A DNA stretch of 64,000 nt from Chrysomallon squamiferum (taxonomy: Eukaryota; Animalia; Mollusca): assembly GCA_012295275.1 (NCBI GenBank), contig CM022675.1:744001-808000 (forward strand), read 5' to 3'. Below are positions 26,375-40,098 of the stretch, piece after piece (positions within the stretch are counted from its first letter, which is position 1; each line of letters opens with the position of its first letter). The position numbers and the translations under genes were made by a program. A model generated the notes under the pieces. It saw nothing but the letters and a program-made list of their open reading frames with translations. It did no database searches and had not been told where the DNA came from.

Positions 26375-27181
26375 TCTGAGAAAGACAGAAATCCAAGTTG
26401 AAAATCTGTGTTAATGCTGCTTGTGCTGCCCGAGACTTGGCGATTTTCTTGTTCCGACCGGAACCCTCAAACTTTGTCCCGTCCACAGTGACTGACATGG
26501 TGAAGCACTTGGAGTGACTCTCCCCAGTCTCAGACACGAAGTCGTACTTCAGTCCGGGCCGCAGCTCGTTGAGAATCATCACCGGATTCTTCCCTGTCGG
26601 CTCTTTCGGCACCGCAGACTTCCTGCAGGGAGGACAACTCGAGGATCCGTTCGTAACACTCGTCACCGCATCGGCTGCATTGCAGTCTGGCTTCTCTCTC
26701 CCTTCAAAGTCGTTGAAGAGGTTGATGTCGATGTCAGCATTGTCAGAGGTGAAGTCAGCGTTGACGATGGGTCTGCCCATGGCCTGCTGTGCCTCCGCGG
26801 CGTTGGGGAACTGCACGAACGACCTCAGCGCCTTCTCCGCGGCCATCAACTTGGCGAGTTTCTTGGTCCGCGCCTCGCCCTCGAACACCTCCCCATTCAC
26901 TTCGACGGACATCTTGAAGACGGGCGCGTGCACAGGTCCGGTCTGCGCGACGAACGTGAACGACAGTCCCGGCTTGATCTCATTCAGCTGCATGAGGGCG
27001 TTCTTTGGGCAGGGGGGCCCGTGTTTGCGTCGCTTGGCGCCAATGCCGTTTGTGGGGAATGCGCGTCGTTTGCCTAGCATCGTGTCGTCGCTCTCCGACT
27101 CGTCATCTGTGTCTGCGAGCTGAGACTCGATTCCTGTCGACGCTTTGTGCTTCTGTCTCTTCGCCGATGTCGTTACTGTGT
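26375..27181 (-). CDS. ADAR2: ADAR2 first visible coding exon: basic NLS-like segment plus dsRBD1 and dsRBD2
   Basis: Acceptor TTTTCTGTTTTCAG at 27182 and donor CAGA|GTAAGT at 26375/26374. Contains [14 protein letters not shown]...GPVHAPVF...KKLAK..AAEKAL (dsRBD1), [18 protein letters not shown], and [13 protein letters not shown]...[18 protein letters not shown] (dsRBD2). The frame is open for 101 nt upstream of ATG 27080, so the true start may lie in an upstream exon. From ATG 27080 the spliced protein is 633 aa. Confidence 0.96.
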
Positions 27182-29799
27182 CTGAAAACAGAAAAAACCT
27201 TGTTAGAAATATTTACTTCAACATACATGCATATGTACAAATATACATTCAAACACTAAAATACATACATATATACATTCAAACACTAAAATACATACAT
27301 ACGTATGTACAAACATACATTCAAACACTAAAATACAGACATACATCGATAGACACACATATATACATTCACATTTATACATGTACAGTGCCTATACTCA
27401 TATGTACACACAGACACACACAAATACACACATACACACAGTCTTCTCTATACAGACTGATTAATATTCCACTGTTTTGTTTTGTTTTTAAAATAAGAAA
27501 TTAAAAACATCTCCAAGACTTTCAAAACTGTAAAAGTTAACATATGTTTACGACATCTGATGTTATTTTATTATTAAATTAATTTTTATTTTTGCTTCCT
27601 CTGCAGATTTTCGACATAATCGGCTCCAATTTCTAATCTTTAATTAACTTTAATTCAACTGTTTTGGAATTATTCCAAAAACTCCCACAAAAACAACTGA
27701 CAAGAAGAAAAAGAACAAAACATAAATGGAATGAGAAGCACTTTTTATCTGCATCAACACAAACAGTAATTATCTAAAATAATCACCTGGTGTCTTAGTT
27801 AAAAAAAAAAAAGGAATGTTTTCTTGTTTGTACCTGCCCACATTCATTTGACTATTTTGTAAATAATAATAATTATAAAATAATAATAATAATAATATTA
27901 ATAATAATTATAATAATAATAATATATATATATATATAAAAAATAATAAAATGTTTAAATTTAAAAATTTTGGGAGGTTTTAGGAAAAAGTAGTTATACA
28001 TTTTAGTGTGTATTTGTTGAGTTTGTATGCATGAATGCAGGTATACATGTGTAAAATATTGTGCATATTTGTGTAATGTTTATCTGTACGCGTGTGTGTG
28101 TGTGTGTTTGTGTGTGTGTTTGTGTATTCATATGTATTTATATTTTTACATATACTGAGTTCACCTGTGTGTTTGTGTGTTTTGTTTAAATATATATTCA
28201 ATATAAAGAACTTTATAAATTATAAATTTACATCTAAGCACCCAGCAAATGCAAATATACAAGTTTTACTAAAACACATACACTTCACTTTATTAGATTC
28301 ATCAAATTTCAATTCTGACAACTGACAAATTTTTATTTTTGTAATTGTTAAAAGTAATTATTTTAAACGTTCTATTTTTAAAATAAATAAACAGCTTTGT
28401 ACTGTGAATTCATCTTTAATGAAACAACTACAATATTTTGTTAAGACACCTTAAACATACTAAGACAATCGACATATTTACTTTATGTTCCTTTTGTTAG
28501 ATATGGTCACATTAAACAACTTTTTATAAAGAAACAGCTACTGTCATATTACTTTACGTTCCTTTTTTTAGATGTGGTCACATTAAACAACTTAAGCATA
28601 TGTAAAGGCAACTTTTACTTTATGTTCCTTTTATTGTAACTGGTCATCAGTCACCTGATAAGGTGTCAATTAGCTGTATACAGTGCTGTGTAAATATTAT
28701 TAATATTTTTTTTTATCTTTCTTAATAGATTTGTTTCACAGACTGTGTATCACTTGATCAATACTGAATGTATCTTACAGCAGGTCGTAAGTTCAAAGCT
28801 GTGTGGTATCAAGTTAAACACATTGTTGATGCTGTTGTAGCAACGAGAAAAGTAATTATAAAACAAGACAAGTAAAACAAAAAATAATAATAATATGAAA
28901 TGTTAATAAAATCATAGAAGAAATAATAATAGTAATGAGATGAAGAAGAAGAAAATTATAATGAAGAAATCTAAAAAAAAAAGTGTATTATTAACTACAA
29001 CAACAACAACAACAGTAATAAGAAGAAAAAGAATAACAAGACAACAATTAGCATAAATAAATTACAAGCAAGATGATGAAAAAGAAGAAACAGAAGAAAT
29101 TAGTAATTAAAAAATAACTAATATTTTTACTATTAATCATTAAAATTAAAAAAAATAATAAAATGTGAAGAAAAAAATAATGCATGCTAATTGGTTTTGG
29201 TTTTTGTTTTGGTTTTTTAACACAACCTTGCTAATAAAAAAGACATAGATCCTTTCTTTACTTTTGGTACATGACATTAACTGAACATAAAAGTGACAGA
29301 CTCAGAGATGAATGGACTGACACACTTTACAATAAAGAATCAAACAACTGTAAAGTTTTATCAAAACAAACAAGAAATATTACATCTATGTTGAACAACT
29401 CAGGTCAATATTTTCTCATTTTATTACTCTCTCCAAGGTTTAAATAACAAAATAAGCTGATGAATACCTGCAGTTCACCATTTTCTTGTGGGTTGTTTTT
29501 CAGATTATTTTAAAACAATAAAATAAGCCAAAGAAAACATGCTTTTAATAAAACTGAAATAATACATTTTGGTCTTTTATCTGTTACTTTAAATCCTTTT
29601 CAGAATTTCATTTTAACAAGGTATACAAATATACAAATGAAAATTTCCATAACAAAAAAGATATAAGAAAAATAAATAACGTCTAGCCAGGGCAACATTT
29701 CAATCAAGCTTTGTTGTATTTTTTGTTTTATGAACATTTTCAGACTTCAGATGAATAGTCATTCTTTCAAAAACTAACATAACAAATTTTAGACTGATA

Positions 29800-31150
29800 G
29801 AAACTGTAAATCTTAAACTGCCAGATAACTGTAACAGTCTTAAACTGAGATAACTGTAACAGTTTTAAACTGAAATAACTGTAACAATGTTAAACTACCA
29901 GATAACTGTAACAATGTTAAACTGCCAGATAACTGTAACAATGTTAAACTGACAGATAACTGTAACAAAGTTAAACTGACAGATAACTGTAACAAAGTTA
30001 AACTGACAGATAACTGTAACAAAGTTAAACTGACAGATAACTAAAACAAAGTTAAACTGACAGATAACTGTAACAAAGTTAAACTGCCAGATAACTGTAA
30101 CAATGTTAAATTGACAGATAACTGTAAATGATAAACTGACAGTTAACTGTAACAATGTTAAAGTGACAGATAACTGCAAATGATAAACTGACAGTTAACT
30201 GTAACAATGATAATCTGACAGTTAACTAAAACAATGTTAAACTGACAGATAACTGTAACAAAGTTAAACTGACAGATAACTGTAACAAAGTTAAACTGAC
30301 AGATAACTGTAACAAAGTTAAACTGACAGATAACTGTAACAAAGTTAAACTGACAGATAACTGTAACAAAGTTAAACTGCCAGATAACTGTAACAATGTT
30401 AAATTGACAGATAACTGTAAATGATAAACTGACAGTTAACTGTAACAATGTTAAAGTGAGTTATCTGTAACAATGTTAAACTGACAGGTAACTGTAACAA
30501 TGTTAAATTGACAGATAACTAAATGATAAACTGACAGTTAACTGTAACAATGTTAAAGTGAGTTATCTGTAACAATGTTAAACTGACAGGTAACTGTAAC
30601 AATGTTAAATTGTCAGATAACTGTAAATGATAAACTGACAGTTAACTAACAATGTTAAACTGACAGTTAACTAAAACAATGTTAAACAGACAGATAACTG
30701 TAACAAAGTTAAACAGACAGATAACTGTAACAAAGTTAAACTGACAGATAACTGTAAGAATGTTAAACTGACAGATAACTGTAAGAATGTTAAACTGACA
30801 GATAACTGTAACAAAGTTAAACAGACAGATAACTGTAACAAAGTTAAACTGACAGATAACTGTAAGAATGTTAAACTCACAGATATCTATGACAATCTCA
30901 ACTGACATTTAACTGTAACTGATCCTAAATTTGGCAGGTGCCTATAAAACCAATTTAAGAGATAACTGTGAATCTTAAACTGACAGTTAACTGTAACACT
31001 ATCTTAAACTGAGAGATAACTGTAATACCTGTACAATCTCAAGTTAACAGTTAATTGTAAATGTTAAACTTACAGTTAGTTAACTGTAACATAATCTTAA
31101 ACTGAAAGACAACTGTAAAAAAAAATGTAAAATCTTAAGCTGAAAGATCT
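29800..31150. repeat. Minisatellite, 27 bp unit (GATAACTGTAACAAAGTTAAACTGACA)
   Basis: More than 40 tandem copies; the 9-aa periodicity of the overlapping ORFs matches. Confidence 0.95.
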
Positions 31151-33190
31151 TTGTAAATGTTAAACTGCCAGTGTAACTGTTACAAACTGACAATAAACTT
31201 GCAGTCAGCCACTAATCGACACCAGCAGGTTCATGAGGATGGACTGGAAAGAATCAATAGTCATTGGTTTCAGTTTACAGCCCTGACACGGGCTGGTTAC
31301 CAAGACACAAACGTTATTAAGATAAAAAGAGGACTGGGCTATCTGTCATAACACCAGCAAGTGCGAGGATTGTTAGTCTCAGTTGACAGAGTGTGGATTG
31401 GAACAGATCCTGTTTGCTTTCATCAGATAAACCTGCTCTGTGCCTGTCAGACACATCCTGGACATACCCAGGTCTGTTACAGAGATGCAAGAAACAATGA
31501 ACAACATGTTCTGGTCATGTAGTTAAATGATAAAGGTGTATACATAATCATTCCAGTTTTAAACTGAATTAACAAAAAAATAAATAAATAAATATATAAA
31601 ATAAATAAACAAATAAATATTTCTCATAAATTGAACCAAAACACAGACAAAAACAACAACTAAACACACAAATCTTCCACATAAACTGTACTAAAACGCA
31701 CATAAAACTGCTCTCATTAATCTAGCATGCAGAGCAGGTCTTATCACTTATTACAAAATTTATCAGTTATTCCCTAATGGACAACTTTTCCACCCAGCTA
31801 TATCTTATCACCTTACAAAGATGTGTTCATTTTCATTTCAAAATTCTGAGCACACTGCCAGATAAAGCCAAGTCTGTGCAACTTTTCCATAAAAGATTAT
31901 CTTCGTATGTTACCAGTATCTGGGCAATACAAGATTTATTTTGTTCTCCCCGTGAAATAAAAGCTATCAAAGTACTAAGAGGAAAAACAGATTACATATT
32001 AATCTACAGGGTTTGGCAGGTATTAATAAAACAAAATGTCAAATGCAGTGGTTTTTTTCTTTTCCATGATATTAAAGTGATTAACTAAATAGTTTGTAAA
32101 TGTTTACCTGTGTCTGTAGTTGTTTGTGTTGATAAATGTCTTTGTATTTTGTGATAATAATAATAGTAGTAGTAGTAGGATTGATAATAGTAATAGTAAA
32201 AGTGATAGTATTAATGGTAGTAATAACAGTAATAGTAATTTAATAATATTATAATAATAATAATTGTAGTAATAGTCATAGTGGTAGCAGCAACAGTAAC
32301 AGCAACAGTAGTAGTAGTAGTAGAAGTAGATATAGCAAAGGTAGTAGTATTCACAGTAACAGTAATATAATAATAGCAGTAGCAGCAATAGTAGTAGTAA
32401 ATAAAAACAATAAATAAATAAATAACAATATAACAGTAATATAATAGTAGCAGTAGCAGCAATAGTAGTAGTAAATAAAAACAATAAATAAATAAATAAA
32501 CCAATATAACAGCAAAATAATATTGTTAAAATAAGTACATTTTGGTGGTAAAAATTAAAAACAAATCTACATTAAAATTAATATTCTTTTATAAAACTTT
32601 TAATTTTATATTTTTTATTGAGTGAGAGAGAGAGAGCAACAAATGAGTACACAAAAAGTAAGATAGAGAAAAAATTATATATGAGAAAGAAAAAAAGGAC
32701 AAAATTTTATAAAAACTGAAATGTAAAAAAAAGGAAAAATGGAAAAATAACAGAGACTGATAATGCAGTGAAAAAAAGTACTGGGGAAATTTATTTTTAA
32801 TTTTTTTTTAAAAATTTAAACAATAACAAGATGTAAACGCCCAGATACACTGTTTTGTCTATCAGCACAGAATCTGACATGTGTTTTGTGTCTGAACGCA
32901 AGTTTACATCACAGCAGTGTAATACAATCTGATATTTCATGTGGGTGAGGCTACTAATGAAAGACAAATAATAATAGTAATAGTTTGTGGTAAAAACCAT
33001 GGCAACAACTGACAGTCAACATCCTAACAAAGCTGTCGAATTCTTCAGAGATTTTTTTTTAATGATTTTTTGTTCCCCAAAAAAACAAATACGAACAGCT
33101 GCATCCTATAAGAAAATTCTGTTTCCTGAAATATCACAGGTTTGGTAAGAATTAAAATGATTTTGTGTTTCCTATATCTGCATATATATT

Positions 33191-33275
<85 letters not shown>

Positions 33276-33861
33276 TTTTTTCTTAACAGAACATAAATTG
33301 TCCCAAAAAGCAGAATATTGCAAAAATAATTTTCATTATCACAATTCAGTTTGCCTGTTAAAAAATTCAACTTGGCTAACAATGCTGTTCAGCACTTATC
33401 AATATTGACAACATCACGTAATTTGATATAATCAATATAATCCATGCAGTACAAGTAAAACTTGGATCTTAAGAAAAGGTGTAAAAGAATCATTAATAGA
33501 ACCTATACTTCACTGTAAAGTACCTCAGTGTAAGATACATCAATGCACAAAACACTTCAAAATAAAAATCAGTTCAAAATATACTTCAGTGTAAAATATA
33601 GGTCAATATAAATTACATCAGTGTAAACCATACATCAAAGTAAATTATATTATCTTCAAAAAACATTTCAGTGTAAAACGACCCACTTGAAGACAAATCT
33701 ATAAACTGAAGCAGTCTCTCCAAACTGTTGACATCTTTCAGATTCTGTTAACATCACCACAGAGCAGATTGGGCTTTAATAGCTGGTCAGCTCAGAAAGA
33801 CAGTTTTGAGAAAAACAAAAATTCATCCAGAACATGTCTGCAGGGTGGAAAATATAAAAAA

Positions 33862-33897
<36 letters not shown>

Positions 33898-34356
33898 CCA
33901 GAAACAATGTGAGAAATGAAAATGAGGGTAATTTAAATATTATTCCATGAAAACACAAAACTGAAGTATGTCTGCGGAGAACTATGGCTGATTTGATCAA
34001 ATGACTATCAGATTGATTAGATTATTTCACACAGTTATATATTGTTATCTAGACTAGTGATAGCTTTTAGTATCTGCTCTTACAGATTAGGAATATGAGA
34101 CAAAAATAAATAAGAAATAAATAAAATAAATAAGTAAAATAAAATAAAATAATTAATTTAAAAAAAATAAAGATACTAAATATACTATTTAAATATTTAC
34201 AATACTATATTATAAATAAGATAGATGAATAGATGGGTAACTATATATATAGGTAGACAGTTAGATAGAGAGAGATAGTTATCCTGCATTCACTATACCC
34301 TGATGATTACATGCCATTCCAAAAAAAAAAAAAAAAAAAATAAATAAAAAAAAATA

Positions 34357-34409
<53 letters not shown>

Positions 34410-35089
34410 TAATATAAACAAAATATAAAATACATTTAGAAAAGATAATTAAAATGAATGAATGATTGAATGCTCAATATATTTCAATGACAATATAATA
34501 ACAAAAATAGTAATAACAAAAATAAAATAAAATGGATAAATAATATTAATCACAATAAAAAAGAAATATTAATAATCTGTTACAAAACAAAATAAAATTT
34601 AAAATTTACAAACAATAAAAAAATCACAACTGAAAACTCTTAACACCATTAATAAAGAGATAATTTAATAAATACATCTGACAAGCATACAAAACCATCT
34701 GTCTAAAACAAATCATGTCCCAGTTCTGAGTCATCTGACCCTAAAATCCTCTCTGCCAACACAAAAACAGCAGCAGAACAATTTGCTATGTTCACAAAAT
34801 CACAAAAGTTTCATTCTGTAGCTGAAAACCATCGACACCTCCATTACGCTAATAGCAACATCCTCTTTACAGACAGACAGACAGAAATATGTCAGAGGAG
34901 CCAATTACACAAAAACATCTTGCTCTTCTTGGTAACATTTTGAAGAAATCAGTTGCCCTGCCCCAGGGTGCTTTCATTTAAATTGACCCAGTGTCATCCT
35001 GCTGGTCCTCAAATGTTAAAACATCAAGTTGATGACTTGACCATCTTGTTCTGATGGAGATTCACAAATTACGCTTCCTCAGTTTGTGA

Positions 35090-35845
35090 AAGAATCTTTT
35101 GTCCAGTGACACATTTAGTCAGCGTTATTAAATGTCAGATATTGGTTTTTCTGTAGTGAAATATTCACATCCATCTGTCATCATGGAACAAGACTGTACG
35201 CAGAAAAATACACTTCTTTCCTTTGAATTTTTCTTTAATGACACATTCAGTTAGCATTACCAAATGTCAAGTATTGGTTTTTCTGTTATGAAATATGAAA
35301 ATATTTCTGTAAGTCAAAAATTTGGACCCAACCTGTCACCATGGAACAAGACTATAAGGAGAAAATATACTTCTTTCTTTTCTCTTTGAATCTTTCTTTA
35401 ATGACACATACAGTTAGCATTACTAAATGTCAAGTATTGGTTTTTCTGTTATGAAATATGTAAGTCAAAAACTTGCATCAACCCAATGTCATGGAACAAG
35501 ATTTGTAAGAAGGCAAAAATACACTTATGTGAAATTACATTTCCTTTTTTTTTTTTTATTACTATAAACTGAATCTTTCTTCACTGATATATTTAGAAGG
35601 CATTAATAAGTGTCAAATTCTTGTTTTTCTATAATGAAATACGAAAATATTTCTGGAAGTGAAAGAACTTGCATCCACCCATCTTGAAATCTGAATGTAA
35701 AAACACCCAGGTAATTATGTTTCCTTATTTTATGTATTATGAAGATTGACTCTTTGTTTAATCACACATTTAGTTAGCATTATGAAATGCCGGATGTTGT
35801 TTTTTCTGTAATGAAATATTCAAGTGAAAAGTTTACATCCACCTG
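35090..35845. repeat. Degenerate ~130-180 bp tandem repeat, 5 copies
   Basis: GACACATT.AGTTAGCATTA..AAATGTCAAGTATTGGTTTTTCTG..ATGAAATAT recurs at ~35108, 35240, 35403, 35586 and 35763. Confidence 0.75.
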
Positions 35846-35908
35846 CTGATTTCCGATTCATAATCTTCTATTAATAGTTATTAAATAATCAAATTTTAAT
35901 TTTGTTCT

Positions 35909-35956
<48 letters not shown>

Positions 35957-38900
35957 AGGGAGAGAAAGAGATTGTTTTTTTCTAAAAAACTGGTGAATGT
36001 TAAGTTGAAATAAAAGCTCTAATTATCTGTAAAGTCTATAGGATCTGATGTACATGACTGAGCTATGTAATCTGATTAAAAACAGCAGTGTGGAGTGAGC
36101 TGAACTGTTTTGCACTGTTTTTTCTCTGGAGGGAGGAATGTGGTTTTCAATAATCTCATTGTCTTCTTTTCTCTTCCACTTGTTCTTATTTTTATATTAA
36201 CTATGTTCTTTCATAAACTTGGAATCAAATTAAAATCGTTAATATTTCACATCATTATCATCATCATCATCATCCTGCAATTCTTATTAAAGCTATAATT
36301 ACTTTTATTATCATCTTCATTATTATTGTTATTGTTGTGATTATTATTATTTCTATAACAGTTATAATTACTCAATATTTTTATTTTTGTTATTATTATT
36401 GTTATTATTATTTTTATTACTATTATTACTTGTTGTAATTATAATTATTCAATATTATTATAATTGTTGCTGCTGCTGCTGCTGCTGCTGTTGTTGTTAT
36501 CACCACTGACTTATCATCATCATCATAACTATTGCATGTTCTTGTTTCACACTGGTTTGTGTATAAAGTTACATTGTAGTTGCTAAGACTAACAAGTGAC
36601 TTTAACCCTCAACAATTTCAGTTTCTTAGCTCAACCTGAAGTAAGCTTTGTACAACTTAACAGTTCTTAGAGTGAATTAGACAGTCAATTTAATGGAAAA
36701 TTATAGATTTTATAAAACCAGACTATGACCAGGTTGATTCAGGTAGAATCAAATTATAATAATAATAAGATAAAGATGATAACTTTGGCCTTATTTTCAC
36801 AAAAATAAGAATAAAAATAAAATATAAAAAAAATAAAATAAAATATACAATAAATGTAATTTTAGCTTTAGTTTACAAATGAAAGAAAAAATTAAGAAGA
36901 TAACTTTAGCTTTATATTTACAAATGTTTTACAAAAATTTTAGCTTTAGTTTACAAAACAAAGAAAAAAGATAAGTTTGGCATTAATTTTGGCTTTAGTT
37001 TACAGAAAAGAGAGAAAAAAACAAATGATAAATTTAGCTTCTGTTAATAACTATTTATAACAAGACAAACAGCAAATAAAAAAAAAATAATAAAAAAAAA
37101 TAATAATAATAAAAATAAATAAATAAACAAACAAAAAAATAAAATTAAATTAAATTAAATAAATTAAATTATATTAAAAAAAATAATAATAAACAAATAA
37201 AATATAAAAAATAATTTAAAATAAAAAAATAAATAAAAAAGTATAAAGGTATGTAGGTGTATCTCTACATAAGCACACTATTTAAAAAACACACACTGTG
37301 ATATATGATGTGTATCTTATGAGCTTCCAGTAGTAAACAATATTTATCAAACGTGTACACAAAGTTTATCTTGTAAACCAGTCATGATTTGTATTCAGAG
37401 GAAATAAGCTGGTACAGTTATTTTTGCATTACTCAAGTAAACTTTATATAAAATGTTTTCTAAAAAAAAAAAAAAAAATTTGATGATAATAAAAATGTGA
37501 AATATCTATTCATGTCTTGTAGTTCCAAACATCAGAAAATTTGTCATATGGCTCTTAGAATTTTCAGTTGGCAAGAAAAAGATTTTATTTCTTAAAGTTG
37601 AAACAAGATTCCTATTTCAGTCTTATAATATTAAACCACTTCTCCTTAATTTAAGTACAAAATGTAAGAATTTTTTTTGGTTTAAATTTCTAGTGTGTCC
37701 ACAAGTTTGTTGTTTTAAGTTCAAGGTCTGAGGAATTTTCTGTTTTTCAACATGTCTGCCAGCTCTGAAGTAATTACAGGCAATTACTTCTGATGATCAA
37801 TGAAGTAACCTCCAACCACATCGCCATTCCACACAATGACTGTAATAAAAACTAATTTAAAAAATCACAACATCAGCAGCAACGTTCTCTGGTCTGTATT
37901 TATCAGTGACAGCGAGGCCAGTCACGTAATCAACGTAACAACGTGAGCAGCAACATTCTGAGGCCTGTATTTACAAGTGACAGTGATGCTGGCCACATAA
38001 AGTTAAACAACATCACAACATCAGCAGCAACATTTTGAGGTCTGAGAAAACCAAGTTACAATAATCCTCATCATCACAACCATCTTGTTTACGAGACTAC
38101 ATAACTAAATGAGTCCAACTAGTCTCTGTAGCAACAACTGCAACTACAATGACATCATACCATTACTTAACTAAATTAGATGTGGGAATAAAGAATAACA
38201 ACTGCAGCATTATCAACATTATTCCATTGGGAAGATCAAAAGAGCATTTCCAGTCATCATCATCAACAACAACAACAACAACTTAAGCAAAATGTTTAGG
38301 TTTCAACAGCATCAACTTTATGATGACTGTTTCAATTTTTTTGTGTTAGTGTTATGCTAATTGTTATCACCAGCATCAGAAATATATCAAAAATAACTAA
38401 AATAGCAATTCTAATAATCAAACAACAACAACAACAGCAGCAGCAACAGTGACTATGTTAAACCCTTATGTTTACAATCAACACCACCAGTGTTCTCTAT
38501 AGTAGTTAATTATTCAACAAGAAGTCCTACTAAACACCAATAACAACAACAGCAACATCAGCATCAATGTTTTTAACAGTAGTTAATTATTCAACAAGAA
38601 GTCCTACTAAATAACAATAACAACAACAGCATCAGCATCAGCATTTTTAAGAATCTGTTAAATACAGACAGTTAGGCCAGACATCATTGTTGACATCATC
38701 TCAAAAATATTTTTGAATCAACTTAAGCAAAAGAACAGTTCTAATCACTCAACACAACTACACAGCTACATCCATGCATCAACAACTGTAAATTAATAGT
38801 GACAACATCTCCATCACTGCAGCATCAACAACACATTAAGACTGTTCTTTGTAGTTAACTGTGACAGCAACATCTCCCACAATGTCACATTAACCATGTT

Positions 38901-40041
38901 TTCAAGATAAGGAAGCACATCAATATCATCATTGGTGTCATCATCAATGTTTTAAGGTCACATCTGTGAAATTTATTGAAAACATTACCAACAACTTATT
39001 AATCAGCTACATTAATCAGACTACAACATCATCAACAACAACAGTGTTTTAAAGTCTAAACTGACATACACAACAATCACCAACATCAAATGAAAATTTT
39101 GAAAACATCATTTTAACATTGAAACACACAACAATCACCAGCACCATCAACATCAACATTTTGAAAATTTTATTTAACACTGACAACATCAGCAATGACA
39201 ACACCATTTTGAAGTGTACTCTGTTGAGCTAATCAACAAAGCTGTACAACTATGACAAACTGAACATGACACGTCATTCTGAAACTCTCTAATCAATTCA
39301 CAACTACATCACCACCGCCAGCAGCATCGTGAACACTGTAGTCAGATATGACAGCCAAGCTATTCAGCACAAAACTACAACCACAGCAGCAATATTTTGA
39401 TGACTGCACTTGATTGCTAAGCCGATATTAATCAGTTCTGTGAGAAAGCTTGTTATTAAATATAACTGCTGGGATAATCAACTCAGAATCTTCGTCTTCA
39501 TAACAAACAACATCATCATCTGAGACTGCATTAAAATAAACCTTTTCACAGAATACAGAGAAAGACTAAATTGCTGAAGACTAATAAATAGAAGTGTATC
39601 AGCATTTTAAAAATAATCACATACAAAGTATGATTGTCAAATATAAACGTTGTCATTTCAGAACTACATAAAAATAAATCTTTCTAGTGATTAGAAAATC
39701 ATCAATGATTTGATTTGGTAGTGTGTGTTAGAGATGGGTGGGGTGCAGACAAAATGTCAGTGGATTAAATGTAGGAGACTGAATGAAGGAGCTGAAACAA
39801 GTGTGGTTTATCTCTAAAAGGCTAGTAATTTTATATGATAGCTACTGAAGATATTATTAAAGTAATATACAATTTTAATCGAGACTTAATTTAATAAACA
39901 AGTATTCAAAAATATCTGTTAAAAATCATGTTCCATGTCTGAATCACTACACACACACACAAACATACAACACACACACATACACACACACACACACATG
40001 TACATACAATATGTATACACACGTACATACATACAATCTGT

Positions 40042-40098
<57 letters not shown>

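Noticed and set aside
22296-27259. + strand ORFs overlapping ADAR2 exons (22296..22742, 26514..27077, 26569..27123, 27005..27259; likewise 6787..7187 and 449..862 over the GPCR)
   Set aside because: Antisense or alternate-frame shadows of GC-rich coding exons, ending near the exon borders.
37750-39450. CAA/CAG/CAT-rich stretch resembling a Gln/Thr-rich coding region
   Set aside because: Frequent stops, no ORF of 60 aa or more in the track and no clear splice signals; cryptic low-complexity DNA.
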